Assembly: GCA_963724885.1 (NCBI GenBank)
Contig: CAVRWG010000002.1
Span: 114,150-178,149 of the forward strand
Origin: an uncultured Gemmatimonadaceae bacterium
Lineage (GTDB): Bacteria > Gemmatimonadota > Gemmatimonadetes > Gemmatimonadales > Gemmatimonadaceae
DNA length: 64,000 nucleotides
Direction of reading: 5' to 3'
Of this stretch, positions 27,802-35,814 are shown piece after piece. The notes beneath the pieces were generated by a model. That model saw nothing but the letters and a program-made list of their open reading frames with translations. It had not been told where the DNA came from and did no database searches. The position numbers and the translations under genes were made by a program. Each line of letters starts with the position of its first letter. Position 1 is the first letter of the stretch.

Positions 27802-29346
27802 ATGCGACGCTCGATCGCCGTCAGCCTCACCCTGGTCGCGTGCGCCGCACAGGCGCACGCGCAACGCCCCCGCATCGCCGTCACGACGAACGCGCGCTAC
27901 GACGCGTCTACCATCCAGGCGTATCGCGGCGCCCACGCCGACGTCTACGCCCACATCGACGCCAACCAGGCGGCGCACCTCGCCAACCTCCAGCGCTGGG
28001 TGAAGCAGCCCAGCGTGAGCGCCGAGAACAAGGGCATCGCGGAGATGGCCGCGATGCTGCGCGACGACCTCGCGAAGATCGGCTTCAAGGAAACGGAGCT
28101 GGTTCCCACGAAGGGTCATCCCGGCGTCTTCGGCTTCTACGACGCCGGCGCTCCGAAAACGCTGGTCATCTACATGATGTACGACGTGCAGCCGGTCGAG
28201 CCGCAGGGCTGGCGCGTGAGCGCATTCGACGGCGCCATCGTCGATCACCAGCTTGGCAAGGTGCTCATGGCGCGCGGCGCCACCAACCAGAAAGGACCGG
28301 AGCGCGCGTTCCTCAACGCGCTCGAGTCCATCATCGCGGTCCGGGGCAAACCGCCGGTGAATCTCCTCGTCGTCGCCGAAGGCGAGGAGGAGCTCGGGTC
28401 GATCAACTACCCCGAGGTCATCGCCAAGTACGCCGACCGCCTGCGCCGCGCCAACGGCGTCTTCTTCCCGTTCAACAGCCAGGGACCCGACGGACGCGCC
28501 ACGATGTCGCTGGGCGTGAAGGGCATCGTCTACTTCGAGCTGGAAGCGCGCGGCGACTCCGCGCGTGGCCCGCGCGTGGCGGAGATCCACGGCTCGTTCA
28601 AGGCCATCGTGGACGCTCCGGCCTGGCGCCTGACGCAGGCGCTCGCGTCGCTCGTGTCCAAGGACGGCAACACCATTCTCGTGCCCGGCTACTACGACGC
28701 CATCCGGCCGCCGAACGACGAGGAGCAGCGGCTCCTCAACGGCATGCTCGTCGACTTCGGGCGCGGCGAGGCGGGGCTGCGCAATGCCATCGGCGTCAAT
28801 CGCCTGATCGACGGCTGGACCGGCGCGGACGCGCTCACCCAGTACCTGTTCAACACGACGCTCAACATCGACGGCATGTGGTCGGGTTACAGCGGTCCGG
28901 GGATGAAGACGATCCTGCCGCACGTCGCGACGGCGAAGCTCGACTCGCGCCTCGTGCCCAACCAGACGCCGGACGAGGCGCTGCGCCTGATTCGCGCGCA
29001 CCTCGACGCGCAGGGCTTCAAGGACATCATCCTGCGCAAGATGAGCGGCTACCCGCCGGCGCAGACGTCGGTGAACACGCCGCTCGTGCAAGCCGCGATC
29101 GGCGTCTACAACAAGTACGGCATGACGCCGAGCATGTCGCCACGGCTCGCGGGCAGCGCGCCGTACTATGTCTTCACCGAGACGCTGCGGCTCCCGCTCA
29201 TCGCGGGCGGCATCGGCTACGGCTCGGGCGCGCACGCGCCGAACGAGTTCATGGTCGTGGAGCCGGCCGCCGGCTCGCGCATCGGGGGCCTGGCCCAGAT
29301 CGAGAAGTTCTACGTCGATCTGCTCTATGCGCTTGCTGAGAAATAG
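27802..29346 (+). CDS. M20-family dipeptidase/peptidase (secreted)
   Basis: Signal peptide, and M20 motifs (MMYDVQPVEP, GATNQKGP, EGEEELGS) across 514 aa. Confidence 0.8.
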   Translation: MRRSIAVSLTLVACAAQAHAQRPRIAVTTNARYDASTIQAYRGAHADVYAHIDANQAAHLANLQRWVKQPSVSAENKGIAEMAAMLRDDLAKIGFKETELVPTKGHPGVFGFYDAGAPKTLVIYMMYDVQPVEPQGWRVSAFDGAIVDHQLGKVLMARGATNQKGPERAFLNALESIIAVRGKPPVNLLVVAEGEEELGSINYPEVIAKYADRLRRANGVFFPFNSQGPDGRATMSLGVKGIVYFELEARGDSARGPRVAEIHGSFKAIVDAPAWRLTQALASLVSKDGNTILVPGYYDAIRPPNDEEQRLLNGMLVDFGRGEAGLRNAIGVNRLIDGWTGADALTQYLFNTTLNIDGMWSGYSGPGMKTILPHVATAKLDSRLVPNQTPDEALRLIRAHLDAQGFKDIILRKMSGYPPAQTSVNTPLVQAAIGVYNKYGMTPSMSPRLAGSAPYYVFTETLRLPLIAGGIGYGSGAHAPNEFMVVEPAAGSRIGGLAQIEKFYVDLLYALAEK

Positions 29347-29349
29347 TTA

Positions 29350-29525
29350 GCTCGTTCTCGGCGCCGCGCGTGTCCTGCAAGAGACGCGCGGCGGTATGTT
29401 CTCGGCGCGCCTTCGGCGCGGTTGGAAGCTGCCATGCGCGAAGGAAAGCTGCTACCGGCGCGGAGCGCCGCCGAGAACGTACCGCCGGCCGTGTCTTAAC
29501 GTCACGGCCGGCGCTGAGAACGCCT
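29350..29525. repeat. Intergenic inverted-repeat array built from GTTCTCGGCG / CGCCGAGAAC units
   Basis: cgttctcggcgcc and atgttctcggcgcgcc are followed by gccgccgagaacgtaccgccggc, ccggcgctgagaacgcc and cggccgccgagaacatcgccggc, at least five copies in both orientations between convergent genes. Confidence 0.5.
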
Positions 29526-29899
29526 TACGTCTCGCGGCCGCCGAGAACATCGCCGGCTTGGTCGCCGCCAGCGAGCGTCTCGCGAATGCGTTGCCAGCGC
29601 ACCTCGCCGTCGCGCTGATTGCGCTCCTGAAGGCGAACAGTGATCCAGGTCTGGAGCGCCGCGAGCCCGAGCATGACCGGGAAGAACCACAGCGTCCGGA
29701 CGGTCAGGACCTTGTCGGGCTTGGCCAGAATGCCGCCGATGGTGAAGACGAGAAACATCGGTAGCCCCTGCCGCAGGATCACTCTGCGCACGAGATCGCG
29801 GCGCTTCACGCGCCACCACTGCTTCTCCTCGTCCGTGATCGGCGGGTCGAGCGGGAACTCCTTGCCCGAGGGATGGACAAACTCTACCTCCGGTCTCAC
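29525..29899 (-). CDS. Small membrane protein (two TM helices), hypothetical
   Basis: LPMFLVFTIGGILA and WFFPVMLGLAALQTWITV helices. Translationally coupled to the upstream gene. Confidence 0.35.
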   Translation of the reverse strand: MRPEVEFVHPSGKEFPLDPPITDEEKQWWRVKRRDLVRRVILRQGLPMFLVFTIGGILAKPDKVLTVRTLWFFPVMLGLAALQTWITVRLQERNQRDGEVRWQRIRETLAGGDQAGDVLGGRET

Positions 29900-30894
29900 G
29901 ATGCCTCCCCGGATTTGAGCCGCGCCAGCTGCTGCATCACCGTGGCTGGCAGGAACATCTCGTCAGCGATGCGGGCGACTTCTTCGGCCAAATGCCATTC
30001 GTCAGCCAGCGCGGTCAGTTCGCCCTCGAGCGCCGCGCGCTCGGCTTCCTCGTGCAGCGCCATCTCGAGCGCCAGCCGCACCTCGGGGGGCAGGAGCCCG
30101 AGGTTGCCCGCGCCGTGCGTCTTCCCGGCCTCCGCCACCCGCGCCAGAAAACGTCCGGGATCGCGCTGAGTGCCGAGCAGCGTGGTCGCTTCCGCGATTT
30201 GCGCCCTGCGTGCGCCAAAGAAGTTGAGCGCGGTCAACACGCCGCGGAGCCCGTGCGTCGCCGCGATACCCCTGGCGAGTGAGGAATCACCCTCATGCGT
30301 GACCTTGAGCGACCATCCGTGTTCGGCGTCCGGCTCCAGCTGCACGTCCTTGCCGCTGCTGTGGCGCACTGTCGCGACGCGACCACCCGGAAGCATCACT
30401 TTCACCCGCGAGCGATACCGCTCGGTCAGCACCGCCGCCCCAGTCATGGCCGCGATGAGCCCTACACTGGTTGGGCCGCCGAGGACCTGGGCCTGCATGA
30501 GCAGCTGGATGCCGTAGCCGCTGACCGCCAAGGTGCCCAATGGAATGGCCCGCGTCTGCCAGCGCTTGTGCAGCGACGCGCCGTACCGCCAGGCGGCGAA
30601 TTCGGGCAGCCGCGGCGCGCCGACGCGCACGAGGTCGAGACCCTCGGGCACTCGCGCTAGCGCGATGTTCTCGCTGGACGCGCGCATCCGCGTTCGCGAG
30701 AAGGCGCGCTCGCACTCCTCGATCGCCTCCCAGCGCTCTTCCAGCGGCGTGAGATTCCAGCGGCGGCACTTGTCGCACACCACCCACAGGCGGCCCTTGG
30801 CCGAATCGAACGCGAGCCGGCGGCCGACGGGGAAGTGCTCGACTACCTCGTTCGCGCCGAGCGCCGTGTGGCAGTGGAGGCAGGTGGTGAACAT
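29896..30894 (-). CDS. Hypothetical protein with N-terminal zinc-ribbon (CxxH..CxxC)
   Basis: Internal start MFTTCLHCHTALGANEVVEHFPVGRRLAFDSAKGRLWVVCDKCRRWNL, with no other recognisable domain. Confidence 0.4.
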   Translation of the reverse strand: MFTTCLHCHTALGANEVVEHFPVGRRLAFDSAKGRLWVVCDKCRRWNLTPLEERWEAIEECERAFSRTRMRASSENIALARVPEGLDLVRVGAPRLPEFAAWRYGASLHKRWQTRAIPLGTLAVSGYGIQLLMQAQVLGGPTSVGLIAAMTGAAVLTERYRSRVKVMLPGGRVATVRHSSGKDVQLEPDAEHGWSLKVTHEGDSSLARGIAATHGLRGVLTALNFFGARRAQIAEATTLLGTQRDPGRFLARVAEAGKTHGAGNLGLLPPEVRLALEMALHEEAERAALEGELTALADEWHLAEEVARIADEMFLPATVMQQLARLKSGEAS

Positions 30895-30898
30895 GCCG

Positions 30899-31489
30899 CT
30901 AGCGGGTGCCCGACGCTCGCCCGGCGCGCTCCGTGAGCGCCGCGCGGAGTCGTTCGGCGCGTGCGGCCGCTGGTCCCGGCGACTTTGGCCCGGGGCGTCC
31001 CGGCACCGGCACGACGTCGAGCCACACGAGCGTCGGGCCCTCGACGTCCAGTACCCTGGCGACATTGGCGGACCAGTCGTGGGCGCTCTCGAAGTGATGC
31101 ACCGAGGCGAAGCCGCTGGCGCGCGCCAGGCCCGCGAAGTCCGCCCGTCCGGGCACGGGCTGCGCTCCGGTCACCTCGTACACGCCGTTGTCGAGCACGA
31201 TGACGCACAGGTTCTTCGGCGCCGCCGCCGCGATCGTCACCAGCGAGCCGAGGTTCATGAGCATCGAACCGTCGCCGTTGCACACGATGACGCGGCGATC
31301 CGGCTGCGCCAGCGCGATGCCGAGCCCGAAGGACGTCGCGTGCCCCATGCAGGACGGCACGAACACGAGGTCGAGCGCGTGAGTGCCCATTTCCATCCAC
31401 GCGCGTGCCGCGGCCATCGTCGTGATGACCACGTCGTCGTCGCGGCGGATCGCGCGAATCGGAGCCAGGGCGTCGGCGAGCTCGATCAC
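30899..31489 (-). CDS. TPP-dependent decarboxylase, beta (TPP/PP-binding) subunit: sulfopyruvate/phosphonopyruvate decarboxylase-like
   Basis: GDGSMLMNLGSLVT...NLCVIVLDNGVYEVTG thiamine diphosphate-binding motif across about 196 aa. The GTG start overlaps the alpha-subunit stop. Confidence 0.6.
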   Translation of the reverse strand: MIELADALAPIRAIRRDDDVVITTMAAARAWMEMGTHALDLVFVPSCMGHATSFGLGIALAQPDRRVIVCNGDGSMLMNLGSLVTIAAAAPKNLCVIVLDNGVYEVTGAQPVPGRADFAGLARASGFASVHHFESAHDWSANVARVLDVEGPTLVWLDVVPVPGRPGPKSPGPAAARAERLRAALTERAGRASGTR

Positions 31490-31971
31490 GCTTTCCCCTC
31501 GCCGATGAGCGCGACGCCCGCGCGCCCGGCCGCGCGACATTCCCGATAGTGCTCGTCGATGATGCCCAGTTGCGACGCATCCGTGATCAGCCGGACGTCC
31601 AGCTTCCAGGCCGCGAGGATCGGTTCGGTGAAGACGAGGCTCGTGTCGCCCGGCAGCGTGTCCTGGTTCAGGTAGCTGCGATAGCCGATGACGCTGTAGA
31701 CCGGCAGCCGCCACTCGTGGATCACGTTGCGCAGCGCGTCGCCCGACTCGAACAATCCGGTGCACTGGATCATGACGAGGGGCGAGGCGCCGCCGAGATG
31801 GAGCCCTCCGGCGACGGTCCACGCCTCGCCTTCGCGGCAGACCCGCACGAGCGTGATGCCCGTCGCCTCGATGTCCCGCTCCCATCGCCCGATGGTGCTG
31901 TCCGGCACCGTCACGACGTGCGTCACGCCGAGCGACGCGAAAAGGGACGCGATCTGTGCGCCGGAGAACAT
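31486..31971 (-). CDS. TPP-dependent decarboxylase, alpha (PYR-domain) subunit: sulfopyruvate/phosphonopyruvate decarboxylase-like
   Basis: MFSGAQIASLFASLGVTHVVTVPDS...EGEAWTVAGGLHLGG..LVMIQCTGL, matching the split ComD/ComE architecture. Confidence 0.6.
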   Translation of the reverse strand: MFSGAQIASLFASLGVTHVVTVPDSTIGRWERDIEATGITLVRVCREGEAWTVAGGLHLGGASPLVMIQCTGLFESGDALRNVIHEWRLPVYSVIGYRSYLNQDTLPGDTSLVFTEPILAAWKLDVRLITDASQLGIIDEHYRECRAAGRAGVALIGEGKA

Positions 31972-32083
31972 TGTGGTGGCGTCTCGGGAGAGTCTCTTTA
32001 CTGTGCGTCGGGAGCGGCGCATAGTTGATGGCGCCCGCCTACACTGGCGTGGACAAGATAGGCCATCACCACTGGAGACGTCG

Positions 32084-32353
32084 ATGTTGATCGTTCTGGG
32101 TGTCGCGCTGGCAGTTCTGATCCTGTTTGCGGTCCAGCGGAGCCTCGCCGGCCATGTGACGTCCCGACGCTCGGATTCGAACGGCTCGACGCCGATGTAC
32201 TATGTCGCGGTCAGCAGTGGCCATGACAGGGAATCCCGTGACGATCCGGGGAACGACTCCCACGGCCACGGCGACGGGGTCGGTAGCGACGGCGGCGACA
32301 GTGGTGGTGGCGGTGGTGACGGCGGTGGGGGGGACGGCGGCGGCGGCGAATGA
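32084..32353 (+). CDS. Small protein: one TM helix plus a Gly/Asp-rich C-terminal tail (hypothetical)
   Basis: MLIVLGVALAVLILFAV... then ...DSHGHGDGVGSDGGDSGGGGGDGGGGDGGGGE. The DNA is a (GGN)n simple repeat. May not be expressed. Confidence 0.25.
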   Translation: MLIVLGVALAVLILFAVQRSLAGHVTSRRSDSNGSTPMYYVAVSSGHDRESRDDPGNDSHGHGDGVGSDGGDSGGGGGDGGGGDGGGGE

Positions 32354-32390
32354 CGTCGCAGCCGGCTCCCGCTGACGTTCCCGCACGGAC

Positions 32391-33206
32391 GTGAAGTTTT
32401 CTCCGGTCAGGTCCCGCAAGCAGATCCGCCTCTCCGACGCAGACGCCGTCCCCGGCGATGTGGCGAAGGAGGGCAAGGAGCTCGAGCGCGCGATCAAGGG
32501 CCAGGTGAGTCGTGTAGCCGAGCTGCAGCGCCTCCTGTACGCCGACGGGCGCTACGCCCTCCTGTGCGTCTTCCAGGGTCGGGACGCGTCGGGCAAGGAC
32601 GGCACCATCAAGAAGGTCTTTCGCGACGTGACTCCCCAGGGCCTGGTCGTGACCGGGTTCAAGGCGCCGTCCGCCGAAGAGCGGCGTCACGACTTTCTCT
32701 GGCGGGTCCACGCGCGCGTGCCGCCACATGGCACGATTGGGCTGTTCAGCCGGTCGCACTACGAGGACGTGCTCGTGCCGCACGTGCACCGCCTCCTGCC
32801 GCGCACGACGCTGCGCGCGCGCTACCGCCACATCAACGACTTCGAGCGCATGCTCGTCGAGAACCAGGTCGTCGTCCTCAAGTTCCTGCTGCATATGTCG
32901 CGCGACGAGCAGCGCCGCCAGCTCCTCGAGCGCCTGGAGGATCCCGCGAAAAACTGGAAGTTCCGCGAAGACGATCTCGACGATCGTGACAAATGGGACC
33001 GGTTCACCGCGGCGTTCCGGGACATGATCGCAACCACGAGCACGCGGTGGGCTCCCTGGTACATCGTGCCCGCCGACGACAAGGACGCGCGCGACTACCT
33101 CGTCGCGCGTACGGTGGCGGCGACCCTGATGAGGCTCGACCTGCGCTGCCCGCCGGCAGACCCCGCGCTCATCAAACGGGCGGTGCAGCGGTTGACGTCG
33201 CGCTAA
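32391..33206 (+). CDS. ppk2: Polyphosphate kinase 2 (PPK2) family
   Basis: Walker A-like FQGRDASGKDGTIKKV, lid motif HYEDVLVPHVH, and a 271-aa length. Confidence 0.8.
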   Translation: MKFSPVRSRKQIRLSDADAVPGDVAKEGKELERAIKGQVSRVAELQRLLYADGRYALLCVFQGRDASGKDGTIKKVFRDVTPQGLVVTGFKAPSAEERRHDFLWRVHARVPPHGTIGLFSRSHYEDVLVPHVHRLLPRTTLRARYRHINDFERMLVENQVVVLKFLLHMSRDEQRRQLLERLEDPAKNWKFREDDLDDRDKWDRFTAAFRDMIATTSTRWAPWYIVPADDKDARDYLVARTVAATLMRLDLRCPPADPALIKRAVQRLTSR

Positions 33207-33326
33207 CGGCCATCCTGTCCGGACGCTACTTTGTCCCCCCGATGAATCAAAATGGCCGTGTCGCACGTATTGCGCAGAAGTTCGATCACTTTCGATTCGT
33301 TCCGTAGCGCGCGTTCGCGCTCAGAA

Positions 33327-33911
33327 ATGTTCGCGTTCTATCTCTTCGCGGTAGTCGTTGGTGGCGCGTTGCTGCTGTTCTCCCTCGTCGGAGGACACGA
33401 CAGTCACGGCGGGGACATCGGGCACGTTGGTCATCACGACGTGCACCACCACGGTGCTGGCGAATGGCTCTCCGTCCGGACGCTGACCTATTTTCTCTTC
33501 GTGTTCGGCGGCGTGGGTGCCGTGCTCACGAAGACGATGCCCTCGGCGCTCGCGCCGCTCGTGGCGCTGGTTGCGGCGCTCGCCGGGATCCTCGTCGGCG
33601 GCCTGGTGGCGGCGGCGTTCAAGTATCTCCGCCGATCGGACTCGGGCCTCCGCGATACCGACGACAGTTTCATAGGCCTCACCGGGACCATCACGCTGCC
33701 GATCGGCGTCAGCGGAAAGGGCAAGGTGCTGGTACAGCGCGCCGATCGCACGTACGAGCTGCTGGCGAGCCCCCTCGACGCCAGCGCACAGGGATCATCG
33801 ACATGGAAGGCCGTGATCGTCGTGGAGATGCGCAAGGGAATCGCGATCGTGGCGCCGCTCGACGACCCGGCAGTTCGTGAAATCTCATCTTTGACGCATT
33901 CGCAGGAGTGA
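33327..33911 (+). CDS. NfeD-like membrane protein (partner of SPFH/flotillin)
   Basis: N-terminal TM helices and a C-terminal OB-fold-like segment GKGKVLVQRADRTYELLASP... Sits immediately upstream of, and overlapping, the flotillin gene. Confidence 0.55.
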   Translation: MFAFYLFAVVVGGALLLFSLVGGHDSHGGDIGHVGHHDVHHHGAGEWLSVRTLTYFLFVFGGVGAVLTKTMPSALAPLVALVAALAGILVGGLVAAAFKYLRRSDSGLRDTDDSFIGLTGTITLPIGVSGKGKVLVQRADRTYELLASPLDASAQGSSTWKAVIVVEMRKGIAIVAPLDDPAVREISSLTHSQE

Positions 33912-35257
33912 TGGAAATGGAAGCAATCATGGGGACCCTGATCGCCGCCGGCGTCGTCGTCGCCGCGCTCATCGCGCTGCTGATCACGATCAAGTCGTTG
34001 ATCGTGATCGTGCCGCCGAACAGCGCCGCCGTCATCACCGGACGCAGTCGCCAGCTCGCCGACGGGAAGGGGGTCGGCTATCGCACGGTCATCGGCGGCC
34101 GCACGCTCCGCATCCCCATCATCGAAGAGGTCGCGTGGATGCCGCTCGCGACGATCCCGATCGAGCTGAACGTCCAGAACGCCTTCTCCAAGGGCGGCAT
34201 TCCGCTTTCCGTGCAGGCGGTCGGCAACATCAAAGTGGCGTCCGAGCCGGAATCGACGTTCAATAACGGCGTCGAGCGTCTCCTCGGCAAGAACGTGGAC
34301 GAGATCGAGGCGCTCGCCAAGGAAACGCTTTCCGCCAACCTCCGCGGCGTGCTCGCGAGCATGACGCCGGAGGAAGTGAACGAAGACCGGCTCAAGTTCG
34401 CCGCCCAGCTGCTCGAGGAGGCCGATCAGGATCTCCAGAAGCTCGGGTTGCAGCTCGACACCTTGAAGATCCAGAACGTTACCGACGAAGTGGGCTACCT
34501 CGCCGCCGTGGGCCGCGCCAAGACGGCGCAAGTGCTCAAGGAGGCGCAGATCGCCGAAGCGAAGAACCAGGCGGAGACGAAACAGCGACAGGCAGAAGCG
34601 ATGCAGGTTGCCGAGGTCTCCAAGGCTCAGGCTGACATCGCCGTCGCCGCCGCGCGCAATGAGCTTCGCGTCCGCCAGGCGGAACTCGATCGAAAGGCCG
34701 ACACCGCCGAGCGCGTGGCGAAAGTTGAGGCGCAGCGCGCCGAGGTCGAAGCCCAGCAGAACCTCGAGAGCCAGCGCGTCGAGCTGCAAAAGCGCAGACT
34801 GCTCGCCGACGTCGTCGAACCGGCCGAAGCCCAGCGCAAGGCAGCCGAGCTTCGCGCGCGCGCCGACGCCGCGCCGATCCTCGAGAACGGGAAGGCGCAG
34901 GTAGAAGTCCTCAAGCTCCTCTACTCCCAGATCGGCAGCGCAGGCGAGCAGGGCTTCGCGATCTTCATGGCAGAAAAGCTTCCGAACCTGCTCCACACCG
35001 CCGTCGACGCAGTGAAGGGAATCGAGATCGACCGCCTGGTGGTGATGGACGGCAGCGGAGGCGAAGGAGTGGCGAACGCCGCCAACCAGCGCGTCACCGC
35101 GGCGTTCAAGACACTCGAGGGGATTGGCTCCGCGTTCGGCATCGACATACAGCAGGTGCTTCAGGCGGCCGCCAAGCGGGTCGATCGCGCGCCGATCCCG
35201 GCCGCAATTGCGGCCTACCCGGAAAACGAGGGCCGGACCAGCTCCAAGAAATCGTAG
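33908..35257 (+). CDS. Flotillin-like SPFH/band-7 protein
   Basis: N-terminal TM, an SPFH domain, then a long Ala/Glu-rich coiled coil (EAQIAEAKNQAETKQRQAEAMQVAEV...). Confidence 0.75.
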   Translation: MMEMEAIMGTLIAAGVVVAALIALLITIKSLIVIVPPNSAAVITGRSRQLADGKGVGYRTVIGGRTLRIPIIEEVAWMPLATIPIELNVQNAFSKGGIPLSVQAVGNIKVASEPESTFNNGVERLLGKNVDEIEALAKETLSANLRGVLASMTPEEVNEDRLKFAAQLLEEADQDLQKLGLQLDTLKIQNVTDEVGYLAAVGRAKTAQVLKEAQIAEAKNQAETKQRQAEAMQVAEVSKAQADIAVAAARNELRVRQAELDRKADTAERVAKVEAQRAEVEAQQNLESQRVELQKRRLLADVVEPAEAQRKAAELRARADAAPILENGKAQVEVLKLLYSQIGSAGEQGFAIFMAEKLPNLLHTAVDAVKGIEIDRLVVMDGSGGEGVANAANQRVTAAFKTLEGIGSAFGIDIQQVLQAAAKRVDRAPIPAAIAAYPENEGRTSSKKS

Positions 35258-35405
35258 CGCGATCATCCTGTCATCGCCACCCGCGTCGAGTGAGCCGCAC
35301 AGACCGAAGAACTGCCTGAGCGCGGATGATGTGATCCCTCCGAGGCCGGCTGTCACGATTCCTGCGACGGTCTGTGAATGAACCGCGGAAAGGCAGGGTC
35401 TTGTC

Positions 35406-35804
35406 ATGAATCGTTACAGCGCAGCCATGCTCATCGGGCTCGGGCTGCTTGCGGCTTCAGCGCGCTTCGCCGCAGCCCAGGGCCCCGGGGCGTTGGTGCT
35501 CGCGCCCGGTGACACCGTTCAGGTGGTGGGCCATCGCGTGCACGAAGGCGGCCCTGCCATGAGTGTTCCCGGCCGGCGACTCGATGTGTTGTACATCACG
35601 CGGATCGCGGCAAGCAATGTCTCCGAGCGTCGTGCCCAGGCGGACCGGGCCGCGCATCTGTTCGGGCCGCGCGCCGTCGAGATCGGCGCGCGCAGGCTGT
35701 CGATCGGCATCTGCGACTCGCGTGAGTGCGCCGAGCGCAAGCATCCGCCGGCCGAGTGGTACCTCTACGAACGCACTGATGATGGATGGCGGCGGGTAAG
35801 GTAG
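35406..35804 (+). CDS. Secreted hypothetical protein
   Basis: Signal peptide MNRYSAAMLIGLGLLAASARFAAAQ, and a 132-aa length. Confidence 0.4.
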   Translation: MNRYSAAMLIGLGLLAASARFAAAQGPGALVLAPGDTVQVVGHRVHEGGPAMSVPGRRLDVLYITRIAASNVSERRAQADRAAHLFGPRAVEIGARRLSIGICDSRECAERKHPPAEWYLYERTDDGWRRVR

Positions 35805-35814
35805 TTTCCACCTC

